A DNA stretch of 64,000 nucleotides, from positions 35,774,001 to 35,838,000 of the forward strand of contig OX597833.1 of assembly GCA_951406725.2 (NCBI GenBank), written 5' to 3'. The position numbers and the translations under genes were made by a program. Position 1 is the first letter of the stretch, and each line of letters begins with the position of its first letter. The notes beneath the pieces are model-generated. The model was not told the DNA's origin, did not search any database, and saw only the letters and a program-made list of their open reading frames with translations. Positions 39,879-56,114 of this stretch are shown one piece after another. Source of the stretch: Octopus vulgaris (lineage: Eukaryota).

Positions 39879-40176
39879 TAGCAGTATCGCCCGGCGTTGC
39901 TCGGGTTTGTAAGTGAAATAACTATATAAGCATTTTTAGAAAGTTACTTCCCTTATATAATAGCAAAAAAATGCATTAAAAATGGGAAAAAATGATGGTA
40001 ATTTTTTTTTTTAATCGTAGACTCATCGTAGACGCGCGCTAATACCCAGAAGGGCTCGATATGAATCACGACTATAAGATACCCGCTTTTGGTTAAACTG
40101 CACCGCAAAATGTGGGAGTAGTTAGGAATCTAAATCGTAGGAGACAGATACACAACTTCACTTTTATATATAAAGA
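39878..40176 (-). mobile_element. Non-autonomous Helitron, copy 1
   Basis: The minus strand starts TC(tttatatataaaag) and ends with hairpin cccgagcaacgccggg followed by CTAG. Inserted at A|T. Confidence 0.85.
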
Positions 40177-40184
40177 TATATATA

Positions 40185-40242
<58 letters not shown>

Positions 40243-41890
40243 CACAGACTTCTTACAGTTTCTGACTACCAAATCCACTTACAAAGCAGGAGACACTTGC
40301 TCAAAGTGTCACGCACTGGTATTGAACCCAGAACCATAATTTTGGGAAGTAAAATTCTTTAGCACACAGCCACGCTCACGCCTGTGAAGAGTTTTGACGA
40401 GTCATGTAAGCTGCTATGGGAATTTAAAAGTGATAATCAGATATCCGGAAAATTCAGTTATCCGGCACACTTCTGGTGCTAGTGGTGCTGGACAAGAAGT
40501 TTACTGTGAATTTAAATCTTTCCACCATATTACCTGTGAATTGTATTCATATTGATAGATGCACGTCCTTTAGTACAAATTGAAACCTTAGAAACCCTCC
40601 ATTACGAATTTTAAATCGTGGCCCTATTATTAACCCCACCTTACTTTCTATAAATTGTTCATTCATTATTGGTGCTACCTTGCAGACACTTTCTACCTTC
40701 ATAAGGAAAAAATCATATTTTGTTTTCGGTAATTTCTAATTGTAAACTATTCAATTATAAATTGGTTGTAAATGGTACTACCTTACAAGTTACGCATTGC
40801 CCCTTTCTAAGTGGATCAGCATCATTAATTCAAATTGGTCCCTTGATTTATATTTCGCTTTACCATCAACGGTCTGCGTAGTACTGGTGCAAACAGCTAA
40901 TTAGCATCATATTACTTCTCCAACGTAATGAAATGAATCTTTCCGCGTATTCAATATTAATTAATATTAAGGCAATCAGCTGACAGAATCGTTAGCAGAA
41001 TGCTTTGTGGGATTTCGTTCGTTTTTACGTTCTCAGTTCAAATTCTAACGAATTCGACTTTCGAGGTCGATGAAATAAGCACCATTTGAACATTGGGGCC
41101 AATGTTATCGACTTACGCCCTCCCCCTAAATTGCTGGTCTTGTGTTAAACATTTTTTAATCAATATTAGTTAACATAACGTCATATGCCTACTAACCCCA
41201 AGATTATGAGTTCGATTCCAGGCAGTGACCCGATAATAATAATAATCATAATAATAATCATAATAATAACAGCAATATTTAAATGGCCGCAGCTCTGAGC
41301 TGTAACTAGAGGAAAGAAAGAGAGAAAGAAAAATTAATTAATTAATTAATTAACAGTGAATTGTCTTATAATTTTAGTTTCCTCTTGCCATAAATAGATA
41401 TTTTTTGTTTGTTTCTTTTCGTTTTTCATTAATGAGAGGCAGAAATGGTTCAATAATGAATCGTGAATTCTGCGTCGTAACCACGAGGTTCCAGGGTGAC
41501 ATTCATTAAATGCCACATTGGCAAGTGTCATTCACCATAGATACGTTTGATACCGAGGCTTCATCAACAAACGTTCATACTCACACATCATCAAGACACA
41601 CATACACATACGAGCACATGAAAATGCATGCACACACATAGCTCACACAGACATGCACATACATGAAAACAAACACAATGAAAGAATGAGACGCACTGAC
41701 AGGCATACGTCAGGTGAGATAGACGTGAGAGATAAATAAACACAGACGGATAAACACCGACAGACAGATGAGACAGACAAAGAGTGACGAAAAGGGAAGA
41801 ATCTAAGTCTATATATATATATATACATAAACTGTGTCAAAATATTCATAAAATGGAAATTCTAAATGCAAGCCTGTGTATGTATGTATA

Positions 41891-41946
<56 letters not shown>

Positions 41947-41990
41947 CAAGTTGCAAATTCTTTCTTATTCATATATATGTATGTATTTAA

Positions 41991-42038
<48 letters not shown>

Positions 42039-42165
42039 ATATGGGAGTAAAAGTAGTCAATATTAATACAGATAAAGGGTGAAATATAATTAATTTAATT
42101 TAATTAATTTACTCCCCTACAACAAAACTACGAAACTTCGTTTCGGCAGTATATATATATATATC

Positions 42166-42202
<37 letters not shown>

Positions 42203-43593
42203 ATACATATATATGTGTATATATATATACTTATATACACACACATATATATATATATGCAGATGTTTATATATATATGTATATATGTATGTGAGTGTGT
42301 ATGAGTATACATGCATGTATGTATGTATATATGTATATGTGTGTGTATATATATATATATGAATATATATTTAAATATATTTATATATGATATATAATAT
42401 ATACACATATACAAATATATTTATAGGCTTATATATGTAAATATATAATATATATGTATAATGTATATATGTGTGTGTGTATATATATGCATATATATAT
42501 ATGTATATTTATATATATATATATATATATGCATATATATATATATAAATGTGTGTATATATATATATATGCATATATATATATATACATACACAAATAT
42601 ACATATATATTTGTATATATATATATGTATGTATGTATTTATTCATATTTATATTTATATAGCGAAACGCACTGAGAGATATCCCATAGGATTGGCAGCA
42701 GCACCTCCATCGCCTTAAATGCCTCCAGGCCATAGTTTCACCTTTCTAGGCTCTGAGTTTAAGTGCAATGCAGTTCAAAAGTAAAATACCTTTCATAATT
42801 TCAAAGGGGCTGATAAATATATATATATATATATGAAAGAAGAATTAGGGCAGCGAGTCTGTCGTCTGTTAGAGCTTCGGACAGCATGTGTTAGCGCTTC
42901 CTTTTCTAAGTCGACCAGAGTCAAAGTCCCGTCCCTTTCACAGGAATAGTGATATCCGTGGTAAAAAAAAAAAAATAAAAACCTTATTATTCCCAATAAA
43001 ATCATCTAAGTACAGACTTAGGGAGGGCAAAATCTATTAGGGGCACCAAAGAAGTTATATGTACATATATTGTATATGCTTATAACCGAGAGCATATATC
43101 AAAAACGTATAAATATGGGACGTTTTTAAGACTTACTTTGATCGTTATATTTATACACATAGCAATTTGACTCCTATATAAAGAATGCTGAATATGCATA
43201 GGAGTAGATAATCAATATATATATTGTCATACGTGTTTGTAAAAATAAAGGTAGATTTATCAAAACATTATTCAGTATATATATACGTGAATAAGTTTAT
43301 ACATATCCATGTGTAGAGTTGAATGTAAATGTATATATTTGTATATAAAATATGCATATATATGTGTGTGTGTGTGCATAAATATATAGATATCCAATAG
43401 ATCTACATATACACACTTATACAGGCATATATATATATATGTGTGTGTGTATGTGTGTGTGCGCCAGTGTGTATGTATGTATGTATATTTAGAAATAGAT
43501 ATACATTCACAGGCATATACGTGCATATATATATATAGATATACATATGACTATAAAATGTGTATATGTATGTTTATATACATGTATATATAT

Positions 43594-43631
<38 letters not shown>

Positions 43632-43896
43632 TATGAATATATATGCATAAATATGCGCCTATATTTATATATAATGATGTATGTATATATAGATATATAT
43701 ATATCATATATACATACATACATATATACGTATATACATTATATATGAATGCCTGTAAGATGGGGTATAGAAAAAAAAATGAGTAGATCTATGCTTATAT
43801 GGGAATGAGTATGTAAAAATTAAAAAGCGGGGATAGAAATAAAAGACAGTGTGTGAGTGCATGTGCCTCATATATACACACACACATATAGATATA

Positions 43897-44190
43897 CTAG
43901 CAGTATCGCCCGGCGTTGCTCGGGTTTGCAAGGGAAATAACTATATAAGCATTTTTAGAGAGTTATAGCCAAAAAATAGCAAAAAATGCATTAGAAATGG
44001 AAAAAAAATGATGGTAAATTTTTTTTTTAAATCGTAGACTCATCGTAGACGCGCGCTAATACCCAGAAGGGCTCGATATGAATCACGACTATAAGATACC
44101 CGGTTTTGGTTAAACTGCACCGCAAAATGTGGGAGTAAGGAATCTAAATCGTAGGAAACAGACACACAACTTCACTTTTATATATAAAGA
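43897..44190 (-). mobile_element. Non-autonomous Helitron, copy 2
   Basis: Near-identical to 39878-40176 with the same termini. Confidence 0.85.
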
Positions 44191-44314
44191 TATATATATA
44201 TATATATATACATACATATATATATATATGTGTGTATGTGTGTATGTGTGCGTGTGTGTAAATATATATACATATGCATACATACATATATATGTATACG
44301 CATATATGTATGTA

Positions 44315-44359
<45 letters not shown>

Positions 44360-44443
44360 GTGTGTGTGTGTGAATATATAGGCAGACACACTCACAGAAA
44401 AGAGAGTGAAGAAAAGAACGTGAGACAAATAGACATGAAATAT

Positions 44444-44478
<35 letters not shown>

Positions 44479-44596
44479 AGCATATATGTATGTATGTATG
44501 CATATATATATATATATATATATATGTATACGCACATATAGAGAATGTATACAGGTTTGCATGTATGAATATGTATTTGTATACATACATAGATAC

Positions 44597-44660
<64 letters not shown>

Positions 44661-44752
44661 TTATATATACATATGTATTTATATATATGTGTGTGTGTAT
44701 GTGTGTATAGATATAATTATATATGCAGACATAATTATATATATATATATAT

Positions 44753-44874
44753 ATTTATTATATAGAAGGAGCTTCTACAGGACTAGAACTGTTTCATTCA
44801 AGAGAAATCTTCAGGAAGATTTCTCTTGAATGAAACAGTTCTAGTCCTGTAGAAGCTCCTTCTATATAATAAAT
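44753..44874. repeat. Perfect palindrome with 60-bp arms and a 2-nt spacer
   Basis: 44753-44812 is the exact reverse complement of 44815-44874. Confidence 0.95.
44772..44818 (-). ncRNA. Type I hammerhead ribozyme fold
   Basis: Minus strand reads CTTC-CTGAAGA-T TTC TCTT GAA T-GAA-ACAG TTCTAGTC CTGT-A-GAAG. All core nucleotides are present, stems I, II and III can form, and the cleavage triplet is GUA. Confidence 0.65.
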
Positions 44875-44940
44875 TAATTTTACTCTGCTATGTATTGAGT
44901 ACCTTATTTACTGTGGTTAACCCCGAATCAACCCGGGACC

Positions 44941-45007
<67 letters not shown>

Positions 45008-45251
45008 GTATGTATATCTTCCCATAATGTATACGTATCTATTAGCGTTTCCATACATTTATATATTATCTACTAATTATTGAAACAAGTCATTATACAC
45101 ATAAATATGCAACATTTGAATTTACAAAATCGAGTTTAATAGATTTTAGATTTTCTTGGATATTTCAACAAAAACTGACGAATACTTTGGGCGCACATGT
45201 ATGTATGTATGTATGTCTGTATGTATGTATGTATGTCTGTATGTATGTATG

Positions 45252-45306
<55 letters not shown>

Positions 45307-45384
45307 CAATCTATATCTACATATATATGTTTTTCTCTCTCATCACCTTTGACTCTCACACTCTCTTTTTCTGTCTCCCTCTCT

Positions 45385-45429
<45 letters not shown>

Positions 45430-45621
45430 ATACATACACACTTACCTACATACATATATATAAATATAAGTATATATATATGCATATATATATATATTGA
45501 TATATATGTATATATATATATATTTATATATATTTATATACATATATACATATATATATATATATATGTATACATAAATATATATATACACAAATATATA
45601 AACACATAAATATAGATACAT

Positions 45622-45662
<41 letters not shown>

Positions 45663-45859
45663 GCAAAATAGGGAGAGAAGACTAGGTAGATATCAATTTC
45701 GTCTCAAATTTGGTTCTGACCGCACAGTATTAATTCATGTTAAAATACTTATTATAGGTATAGTAGTCTTTTATTTATTAACCCGCATGTATACTCATAT
45801 ATATTCATATATATGTTTATGTATGTACACCAGCACACATACATGTCTGCATGCATATG

Positions 45860-45904
<45 letters not shown>

Positions 45905-46024
45905 AAGCATAAACAAATGTAAGTACATATGTATATATATATATATATATATATCCGTATATACATACATATATATATGTATGTATGTGTGTATGTATAT
46001 ACACACATATTCATACATATGTGG

Positions 46025-46392
46025 ATATGAGTGGCTGCGTGGTAAGTAGCTTCCTTACCAACCACATGGTTTTGGGTTCAGTCTCACAAGTGTCTTCAAC
46101 TATAGCCTCGGGCCGACCAATGCTTTGTGAGTGGATTTGGTAGACGGAAATTGAAAGGAGCCCGTCGTATACATGCATATATAATATATATGTATGTATA
46201 TGTAAGTGTTTTTGTCTCTGTGTTTGTCCAAGCGATACTGGTGTGTCTACGTCCCCGTAAATTAGCGGTTCGGCCTAAGGAACCGATAGAATAATTACTA
46301 GGCTTACAAAAGAATAAGTCCTGGATTCGACTTGCTCGACTAAAGGCGTTGCTCCAGCATGGCCACAGTCAAATGACTGAAACAAGTAAAGG
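46025..46392 (+). mobile_element. Family B SINE
   Basis: gagtggctgcgtggtaagtagcttc...ccagcatggccacagtcaaatgactgaaacaagtaaa. Confidence 0.9.
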
Positions 46393-46428
46393 ATTAAAGG
46401 AATACATATAAATATATACATATATATA

Positions 46429-46476
<48 letters not shown>

Positions 46477-46559
46477 ATGTATACACATATATATATAAAT
46501 ATATATACAAACACACATATATATATGTATATTTACATATATTTATATATGTATATATA

Positions 46560-46648
<89 letters not shown>

Positions 46649-46954
46649 TAGGTGTGTATGTATGACTGTGTGTGTATCAGTTTTGGTAATACAAAAAAGA
46701 AAAAAAGGACTCCAAAGTTGCATGATTTTTTTCATTTTAATGGGCAGACGTTATGGTATGGTATACGGACATTAGTACTTAAATATAAAAATTAAAGTGC
46801 CACTACGTGAGACTCGTAACCATTTGGTTACTTTAGAACGTCTGATGATTTCGTAATAAAATAATATTTAAATCATAAATCTCTTAGATTCTGGCGAAAG
46901 TCTAAACATGTATGTCGGTATGCAGCTATGTGTGTCTGTGTATTTAAGTATATG

Positions 46955-47000
<46 letters not shown>

Positions 47001-47001
47001 C

Positions 47002-47078
<77 letters not shown>

Positions 47079-47099
47079 ATATATATATATACATATACA

Positions 47100-47184
<85 letters not shown>

Positions 47185-47263
47185 TGTGTATTTAAGTATA
47201 TGTTCATATATATATATGTATATATATATATACATATATATATATACATATACACAAATATAT

Positions 47264-47305
<42 letters not shown>

Positions 47306-47327
47306 CATATATATACATATATATATG

Positions 47328-47358
<31 letters not shown>

Positions 47359-47403
47359 ATATATACATATACATATACATATATATATATATATACATAT
47401 ACA

Positions 47404-47507
<104 letters not shown>

Positions 47508-47606
47508 TTGGTGTATATATATGTGTATATATATATAAATATATACATATTTAACGGCGGTGCATCAACATGGCCGCAGCTCTGAGGTGAAACTAGAGAA
47601 GAAAAA

Positions 47607-47652
<46 letters not shown>

Positions 47653-47716
47653 CATATATACACAGTTGTCTATATTTATGCATATATATAGTGACTAATT
47701 GTAATTTACAAGAATT

Positions 47717-47749
<33 letters not shown>

Positions 47750-47920
47750 TTATATATATTCATGCATATATGACTGTGTGTGTATATTACGTTATATGTA
47801 TAGGAATTTAATTACCTACGCATATATGAATATGTGTACATGTATAAAGCCTCTATATACATACACACACTCAGACACACACACACATATATATATACAT
47901 ATATGCCTATACATATATCT

Positions 47921-48015
<95 letters not shown>

Positions 48016-48149
48016 TATAAATATATATGTATATAGATAGTGGAAATACATACATATGCATATATATATATGTGTGTGTGTGTGCGTGTGCGTGTGCGAG
48101 CGTGTGTGTGTGTGTGTGTGTGTATGTGTGTGAGTGTGTGTTTGTGTGT

Positions 48150-48670
48150 GTATAGCAGTTATGGTCACCCCATCGGTTAAAATTAACAGCGGACCTTGGA
48201 GCAATTCTGCATGCTTCACAAAGAAGGTCATCTCATTGCAAAAGCTCAGGTACTGGGAAAGGCTGAAGCAGCTAAGACTCTACTCCGTGGAGCGAAGGCG
48301 GGTGATATATGGAATAATATACACCTGGAACATCCTAGGAGAGATTGTGCTAAATTTTGTCATTGGAAGCTACGCAAATGCCAGAACGTGTCCCCACAGT
48401 ACTGTGAAAAAGATCCCAGCGATGCAGTCGCGCTTCAAGACGAGTTATTGCAATAGCCTGGGGTTCAGGAGCCCACAGCATTGTAATATTCTTCCATAGA
48501 ACCTGAGGGTCCTATACAAAGTGGACATATGTGTTTTTAAATCAAATCTGGATCACTTCCTGTCGAGAGTCTCAGATGAAACTCCTTCGCAGCAGGAGGC
48601 GCAAACGACGGTAGAGACTTGAAGCTCCCTTATTCATCAAATTACGAATATCACGGGAGGCTCGCAATAA
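48150..48670 (+). mobile_element. CR1/L2-group LINE 3' fragment
   Basis: [31 protein letters not shown] and VFKSNLDHFLSRVSDE match the CR1-type C-terminal motifs Y.ERL..L.L.SLE.RR and FK..LD.FL. Confidence 0.85.
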
Positions 48671-48671
48671 T

Positions 48672-48941
48672 AACAGTGTAGCAAAACGGCAATGCCCCAG
48701 CATGACCATAGCTTTGAGGTGAAGCTAGAACTGATAGAACAAAACAATAAAACAAAACACACATCCACCCCCTACCCCCCCACACACACAAACATACTCA
48801 CACACATAATATATTCATGTAGACATATACTTATATATTTGTGTGTGTATATATATGTATATGTATATATGTGTATGTATATAAGTATTTGTATATATAT
48901 ATATACATACATATATATTTAAAAATGTACATATATAGATT

Positions 48942-48972
<31 letters not shown>

Positions 48973-49067
48973 CATATATATATATGTGTATACATATATA
49001 TTTATAAATCTACATATATATATATATAGACATGGCCTGGGCCAAATTTTAGTCGAAATATATATAA

Positions 49068-49114
<47 letters not shown>

Positions 49115-49162
49115 TTTTTAAATAGATATGTATGTATATATATATATATACAAATACTTATA

Positions 49163-49194
<32 letters not shown>

Positions 49195-49373
49195 CACACA
49201 CAAATATATATGTATATGTCTACATGAATATATTATGTGTGTGAGTATGTTTGTGTGTGTGTGGGGGGGTAGGGGGTTGGATGTGTGTTTTGTTTTATTG
49301 TTTTGTTCTATCAGTTCTAGCTTCACCTCAAAGCTATGGTCATGCTGGGGCACTGCCGTTTTGCTACACTGTT
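48672..49373. repeat. Inverted duplication with arms of about 270 bp
   Basis: 48672-~48938 is the reverse complement of ~49105-49373. The ORF track shows [24 protein letters not shown] on both strands. Confidence 0.92.
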
Positions 49374-49559
49374 TACATATATATATATACATGTATGTAT
49401 GTATGTATATGTATGTATAAATATATATAAAGACTGAAATCCGTACTAAAACTGTGCTGCATGATAAAATTATTTTTGCATTTTCTACTGTTTTTTTCCT
49501 TATAATATCTACATACATACATATATATGTGTGTGTGTATGTGTGTGTGTGTGTGCATG

Positions 49560-49591
<32 letters not shown>

Positions 49592-50769
49592 TGTATGTAT
49601 GTATGTATGTATGTATGTATGTATATATATGTATATATGTAAACATAGTAAAATATCAGTTTTAAATTTTGGTGCAGGGACGGCAAATTCGATTTCCTCG
49701 ACCTCTGTAACATAGGTCATCGACAAATAAATGCTGAAAGATCAAGGTGTTCTTCGGCAGAATTTGACCAACGAACACAGGGACAGGAGAAATGCTTCGA
49801 AGCATTTTTCCTCGTGTACAAACACGACTGCAAGCTGATCGCCTGGGAAAGATATTGGTCTTCAGTTTCGGCAAAAGGCATGTTGTGTAGTGCAAAAAAT
49901 ATCTGAGCTTAAAAGGTGCAGTAGAAATTCAGATTCTTATAATTTGAAAAGGGAAAATATATGAGAGATATTATGTCCTAAAACGGGATGCATATCTAAG
50001 TTAAACCAAAGCAGAATTTATGTGTGTGTATGTATGTATGTATGTATGTATGTATGTATGTATGTATGTATGTATGTATGTATGTATGCATGCATGTATG
50101 TATGTATGTATGTATGTATGTATATATATATATATATACATATACATATTTGTATTTATTTATATACATATGCATATATACATCCATATGTTATATTTAT
50201 ATGGATTTATAAACACACACACATATGCGTATATGTGTACTCGTATCCAGTATACGCATGTATACCACTTATAAACTCATATACATACATATATGCATAC
50301 ATATATATATATATATATATATAATTTATTTATATATATGTATATAGATAGATAAAATGCATACATACATATACATATACATATATATTTGTGTGTGTGT
50401 GTGTGGGAGTATATGTTTATATATCTATATCTATATCTATATAAATATATATATGCATATACACACACATATATATATATGTGTGTATGTGTGTGTGTAT
50501 ATATGTGTGTGGGTGAGAGTATATGTTTATATATATATATATATATGTGTGTGTACATACGTGCATATACTCACACACTCAATCATATATCAATACACAC
50601 ACACACACACACAGCTATGTGGGTGGTATACATGTGCTTGTGTGTGCATCATGTTGGATCTTTTTATTTTACTACGGATTTGTCAATATATATATATATA
50701 TTTACATACATATAAATATATACATAAATGTATATGTATATATATACATATTTATATATAGATATATTT

Positions 50770-50818
<49 letters not shown>

Positions 50819-51034
50819 CATATATATAGACATATTTATATATATACATATCTATTTATATAAATATACGTATATGTATATATATAGATTTATAAACTTA
50901 GTTTGATTTGAAAACCCCACTAGAATGGGAGAAAGCGCTAATATATGATCTAAGTTATATGATGTATAAAAAATGTAATATACAAATAAATATCTGTAAA
51001 TATAAGCCATCCGATTTTCTGAGTATCTCATTTC

Positions 51035-51127
<93 letters not shown>

Positions 51128-51130
51128 GTA

Positions 51131-51182
<52 letters not shown>

Positions 51183-51572
51183 TATATACATATATATATA
51201 TATATGTAAACATACAGATACAGAGATAGATATACATATGTATATACACACAAATACACACACGCATCTAGATATGTATGCATGATAATCTTCTGTACGG
51301 TGTTATGGTGTCTAAAACATGAGTTGTATCCTGTATATTGGGTTATATTGTTTTTTCACCAGCGAATTTATTTTACATTAACATATGTATGTATTCATCG
51401 TGCTTGTTTGTGTGCATATATGTGTATTTATGTGTACACATGTACACATATGCATGTATGCATGCGTTGGAAAGCATGGGGCAGTTTGAGTAATTTTTGT
51501 CTAATAGCTGACCCACCAAAGACTTGTGATGGGATGGAAACTGGAAGAATGCGCATACAGACAGACAGACAA

Positions 51573-51700
<128 letters not shown>

Positions 51701-51726
51701 CTGTAGAAGCTCCTTTTCTAAAAATA

Positions 51727-51780
<54 letters not shown>

Positions 51781-52070
51781 CACACACACAGTTGCACAAA
51801 CACATGGGAGTCCTTGCTTTTGTTTTTGTCGTCCACCATTTCTTAGCAACTTATTTTCATCCACGTAACCTTCCATATTATTTGTCATACTGACTATTTA
51901 TCAGACTTGAAAAAATTGAAATACTGTTGTCGATCCGTTCACACAAACCCTCCAGCTCGGTGCTCCATCATGGCCGCAGTTCAGTGACAGAAAAGATGAT
52001 GGAAAGATGGATATCTATTTGTAGGTGTATATGTATATGTACGTATATATAATTATTTGTTACATATATT

Positions 52071-52116
<46 letters not shown>

Positions 52117-52301
52117 CATGTGTATTTATATGTATACATGTATGTTATATTCATGGTGTATATACATACATATATACATACATACATACATATATATATG
52201 TAAATGAGGTAAAAGTTACTTTATTTTACATTGGAATTCGCAAGTTCTGGTATTGATTTATTTAAATGAACATTATTTAATATTTGCAACACTTCTGAAA
52301 T

Positions 52302-52343
<42 letters not shown>

Positions 52344-53164
52344 TCTTACTGAAATAATGAATACACTCTCCTCTGCTACAGTATGAGTATTCAACATACG
52401 TTAACAAAGGAGCACACGCGAACACACACACACCGACACCCACCTACAAACACATACACACATAAATATATTGATGTATATAATTATATATGTATATAGT
52501 TATAAATACGTGCAATGACACACACATATATCCTATGCGTGTGTGTTTGTGTGTGTGTAAAACATGTATAAAAACTTTTCGTATGTATATATCTATATCT
52601 ATCTATCACTGTATACATATGTGTATGTATATTCATATACATGCATGCACTCACACATATATATAATATATATTTATATATATACATTTATGCTCGTATA
52701 TTTATCCAGCTCTTTATATACATACATGTAGACATACAGACACACACACACACACACACATATATATACATGTGTATGTATGTGTGTGTGAACGTATATA
52801 TGATGTCATCTCCCTGTTTCCATCCAAGAACTCCACTCAGAAACCTTTTTGCTCGCTCGGGGCTTTTGCAGAAAGAACTTGCCGAAGTTGCCATGCAGTA
52901 GGACTGAACCCAGAATCTTGAGATTGGAAACAAAATTCGTCACCACATACTTCTTATGAGTCCTGTTGTGACTGCGTGTATATGTATTGTGTGGTATACG
53001 AATGATTTATAAACATTTATTACATGTATGCTGCACTTAGCTGCATTAATAATATTTTCTATTTTCTATTTTACATCAAAGTATAACAGGAAAATTTTGT
53101 TAATATTCAAACTACATCAGTATGAATATCAATTTATATTCAGTTTCAATATTAATTTATATGC

Positions 53165-53560
53165 AGTTTCAAATATATTTCCAGAGGATGAGCAGTTTTT
53201 TGAGGGGGTAGGAAAGTCGATTACATGTATACCAAAATGAAGAAGAAGACAATGTCTCTTTGGTGGAATTTGAACTCAGAACGTAAAGAACCAGAACCAG
53301 AAATCTTAACGCTGCCTTCTCACTGGCTTAATGATAATAATAATCTCAAATTTTAACCCGAGGCCAGAAATTTCGTGGGAGGAGAATATGTCGACAATAT
53401 CGACTCCAATGTTCAACTGGTACTTATTCTCTCGATCATGAAATGATGAAAGACAAAATCGACCTCGGCAGAGTTTGAACTTAGGACGTAAAAACGGACG
53501 AAATGCTGCTGTGCACTTTGACACACGCGTGCTACACATTCTCTACGTTCACCGCCTTAA
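53165..53560 (-). mobile_element. Two diverged family A SINEs
   Basis: agtcgattacat...gaatttgaactcagaacgtaaa and tcgacctcggcagagtttgaact. Confidence 0.75.
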
Positions 53561-53595
53561 TAACAGTAACAACAACAACAACAAGAACAACAATG

Positions 53596-53661
<66 letters not shown>

Positions 53662-53738
53662 GTAATAATGATAATAACAATAATAATAATAATGACAACA
53701 ACAGCAACAACAACAACTACAACAACAACAACAACAAC

Positions 53739-53793
<55 letters not shown>

Positions 53794-54177
53794 TTAATAA
53801 TGACAATAATAATAATAACAACACTATTATTATTCTTATTATCATCATCATTATTATTATTATTATTATTATTATTTCTAATTTTGGCAGCATTTTTAGC
53901 AGTTTGAAGGGAGGGTGGCAGTCGATTGCATTGCACCCTTTACTTGACCGGTGCTAGTTTGGTCGACCTCGAATAGCTGAACAGCAAGGTCGAGTTCGGC
54001 AAAATGTAAGGTTGAATAATGTTAAAAATAATAATGTTATCAATGCAAATTCACCACCAAATTATTGGTTACTAATGTTAAAGAAATGAATATTAAGGTT
54101 CCAAAATGCATATATACAATGCTTAAGTTACCGCATTCACTCACCTACTCATCTACAATAAATATACGTTAAACATA

Positions 54178-54256
<79 letters not shown>

Positions 54257-55708
54257 GCATATAAGTAAAAAGAAATAATATTTACTATATTTATATTTAT
54301 AAATATATATAAACATATGCATATAATATATATATATATATAAATTATGTGTGTGTGTGTGAGTGTGTGTACACACACACATTTACACACAATCACACAC
54401 ACACATATATATATACGCATGCATACATACAGATGTGTATACACATATATTTATATATTTATCTATATATAAGAGTAGAGGTTATATGTACCTATGCGCG
54501 TTCTATATACGTATACACACACAACAGTTATACGGTTCGATATTATGCATATTATATTTATTACATATTATGTACACACACCCACGCATACACTCACACG
54601 CAGACGCACATATATACATATATACGTCCATGCATGCACACATCTCTGCATACACACAGAATACTGTTTTACATCATGGCTGTAACATTGACGTAAGAAA
54701 TATCTAGTACGTAATTTTATTATTTTTTCTTTTACTGCTAGAACATATTTTTAGCTGAATACAAGAGAAACATATTTGAGTTATAATAATTTTATTATTC
54801 TCATATGAATAAATAGTAAATTCGTGATTGTTAGTATTTGAACAAAGAATATATAAGGCTGCAACTATATACTGTTACTTATTTTACTGGGACTGTTCTA
54901 TTTATGTCACGCCGGTTTTTATATGTGTATACCTATTACATTAACACTTGTAAGGCAGTTGGTGACATAACTTGCTGGCGCGTCACCCAACGGCATTCAG
55001 CGTTAAAGAATTCGTTGGAACCAAGGGAAGATAACTCTCCAAGTATTTCTAAGCTAGTTTAAATATTACGTAACCTAATAAATACTGAAAACGAGACGTT
55101 TGTGCTAATTTATTTCTAAATTTTTGATGATCAATTTTATTTAAAATATAGTAGGTAATTATTCATTCAAGTGTAAATTTTTAGCACACAACCTACTCTA
55201 AACTTTATATTTAACAATTCGTCTACTGTTATTTTATTTTAGATCTCAGAAATTCAGACTTTGCATAAAATATGTATTATTTAATCGGAACTTGACAAGA
55301 ATTAGAGCTATTTTAGTTGCTTTTTGTGATGCATGTGTTTACGAATATATAATTTATTTGTACATAAATACATTTCGTTATATTGTGTAAAAATATTTTT
55401 TCTTCACATTTAACTACTATGTTATTCTTAGAAAAATAGTATTTTAATTTTTTTTTCATTTATAACGAGTTCATTATTAAATACATATTACATAATTCTA
55501 AAATTTAATGCTGTTACATGTAATTAGTGTTCTTTATCTATTGAATTAATTAATACAGCTCAGACACACACACACACACATATACATGTATGGAACTGTG
55601 TGTAGACTGCGGCCCTGCTAGGGTATCACCTTGAGGAATTTTTACTCGAATGAATAATCTTACATTCGAAGTCTGGTATATATTCTATCGACCCCTTTTA
55701 CCGACAGC

Positions 55709-55754
<46 letters not shown>

Positions 55755-55866
55755 TATTATATTATTATTATTATTATTATCATCATCATCATCATCATCA
55801 TCATCATCGATGTTTGAATATTTCGCTTTCCAATTTCAAATCACTGTACACAGCTTTTTTGGAATC

Positions 55867-55966
55867 NNNNNNNNNNNNNNNNNNNNNNNNNNNNNNNNNN
55901 NNNNNNNNNNNNNNNNNNNNNNNNNNNNNNNNNNNNNNNNNNNNNNNNNNNNNNNNNNNNNNNNNN
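55867..55966. other. Assembly gap (100 N)
   Basis: Run of n. Confidence 0.99.
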
Positions 55967-55987
55967 ATATGTCTGTCTATCTATCTT

Positions 55988-56042
<55 letters not shown>

Positions 56043-56063
56043 GTTTGCTCATCTCCCTATATA

Positions 56064-56114
<51 letters not shown>

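Noticed and set aside
46840-46900. gtCTGATGA as a hammerhead start
   Set aside because: No stem II or suitably placed GAAA and stem III follow.
54950-55042. Small hairpin gttggtgac...gtcacccaac in a short open frame
   Set aside because: The stem is too short and splice signals too weak to support a call.
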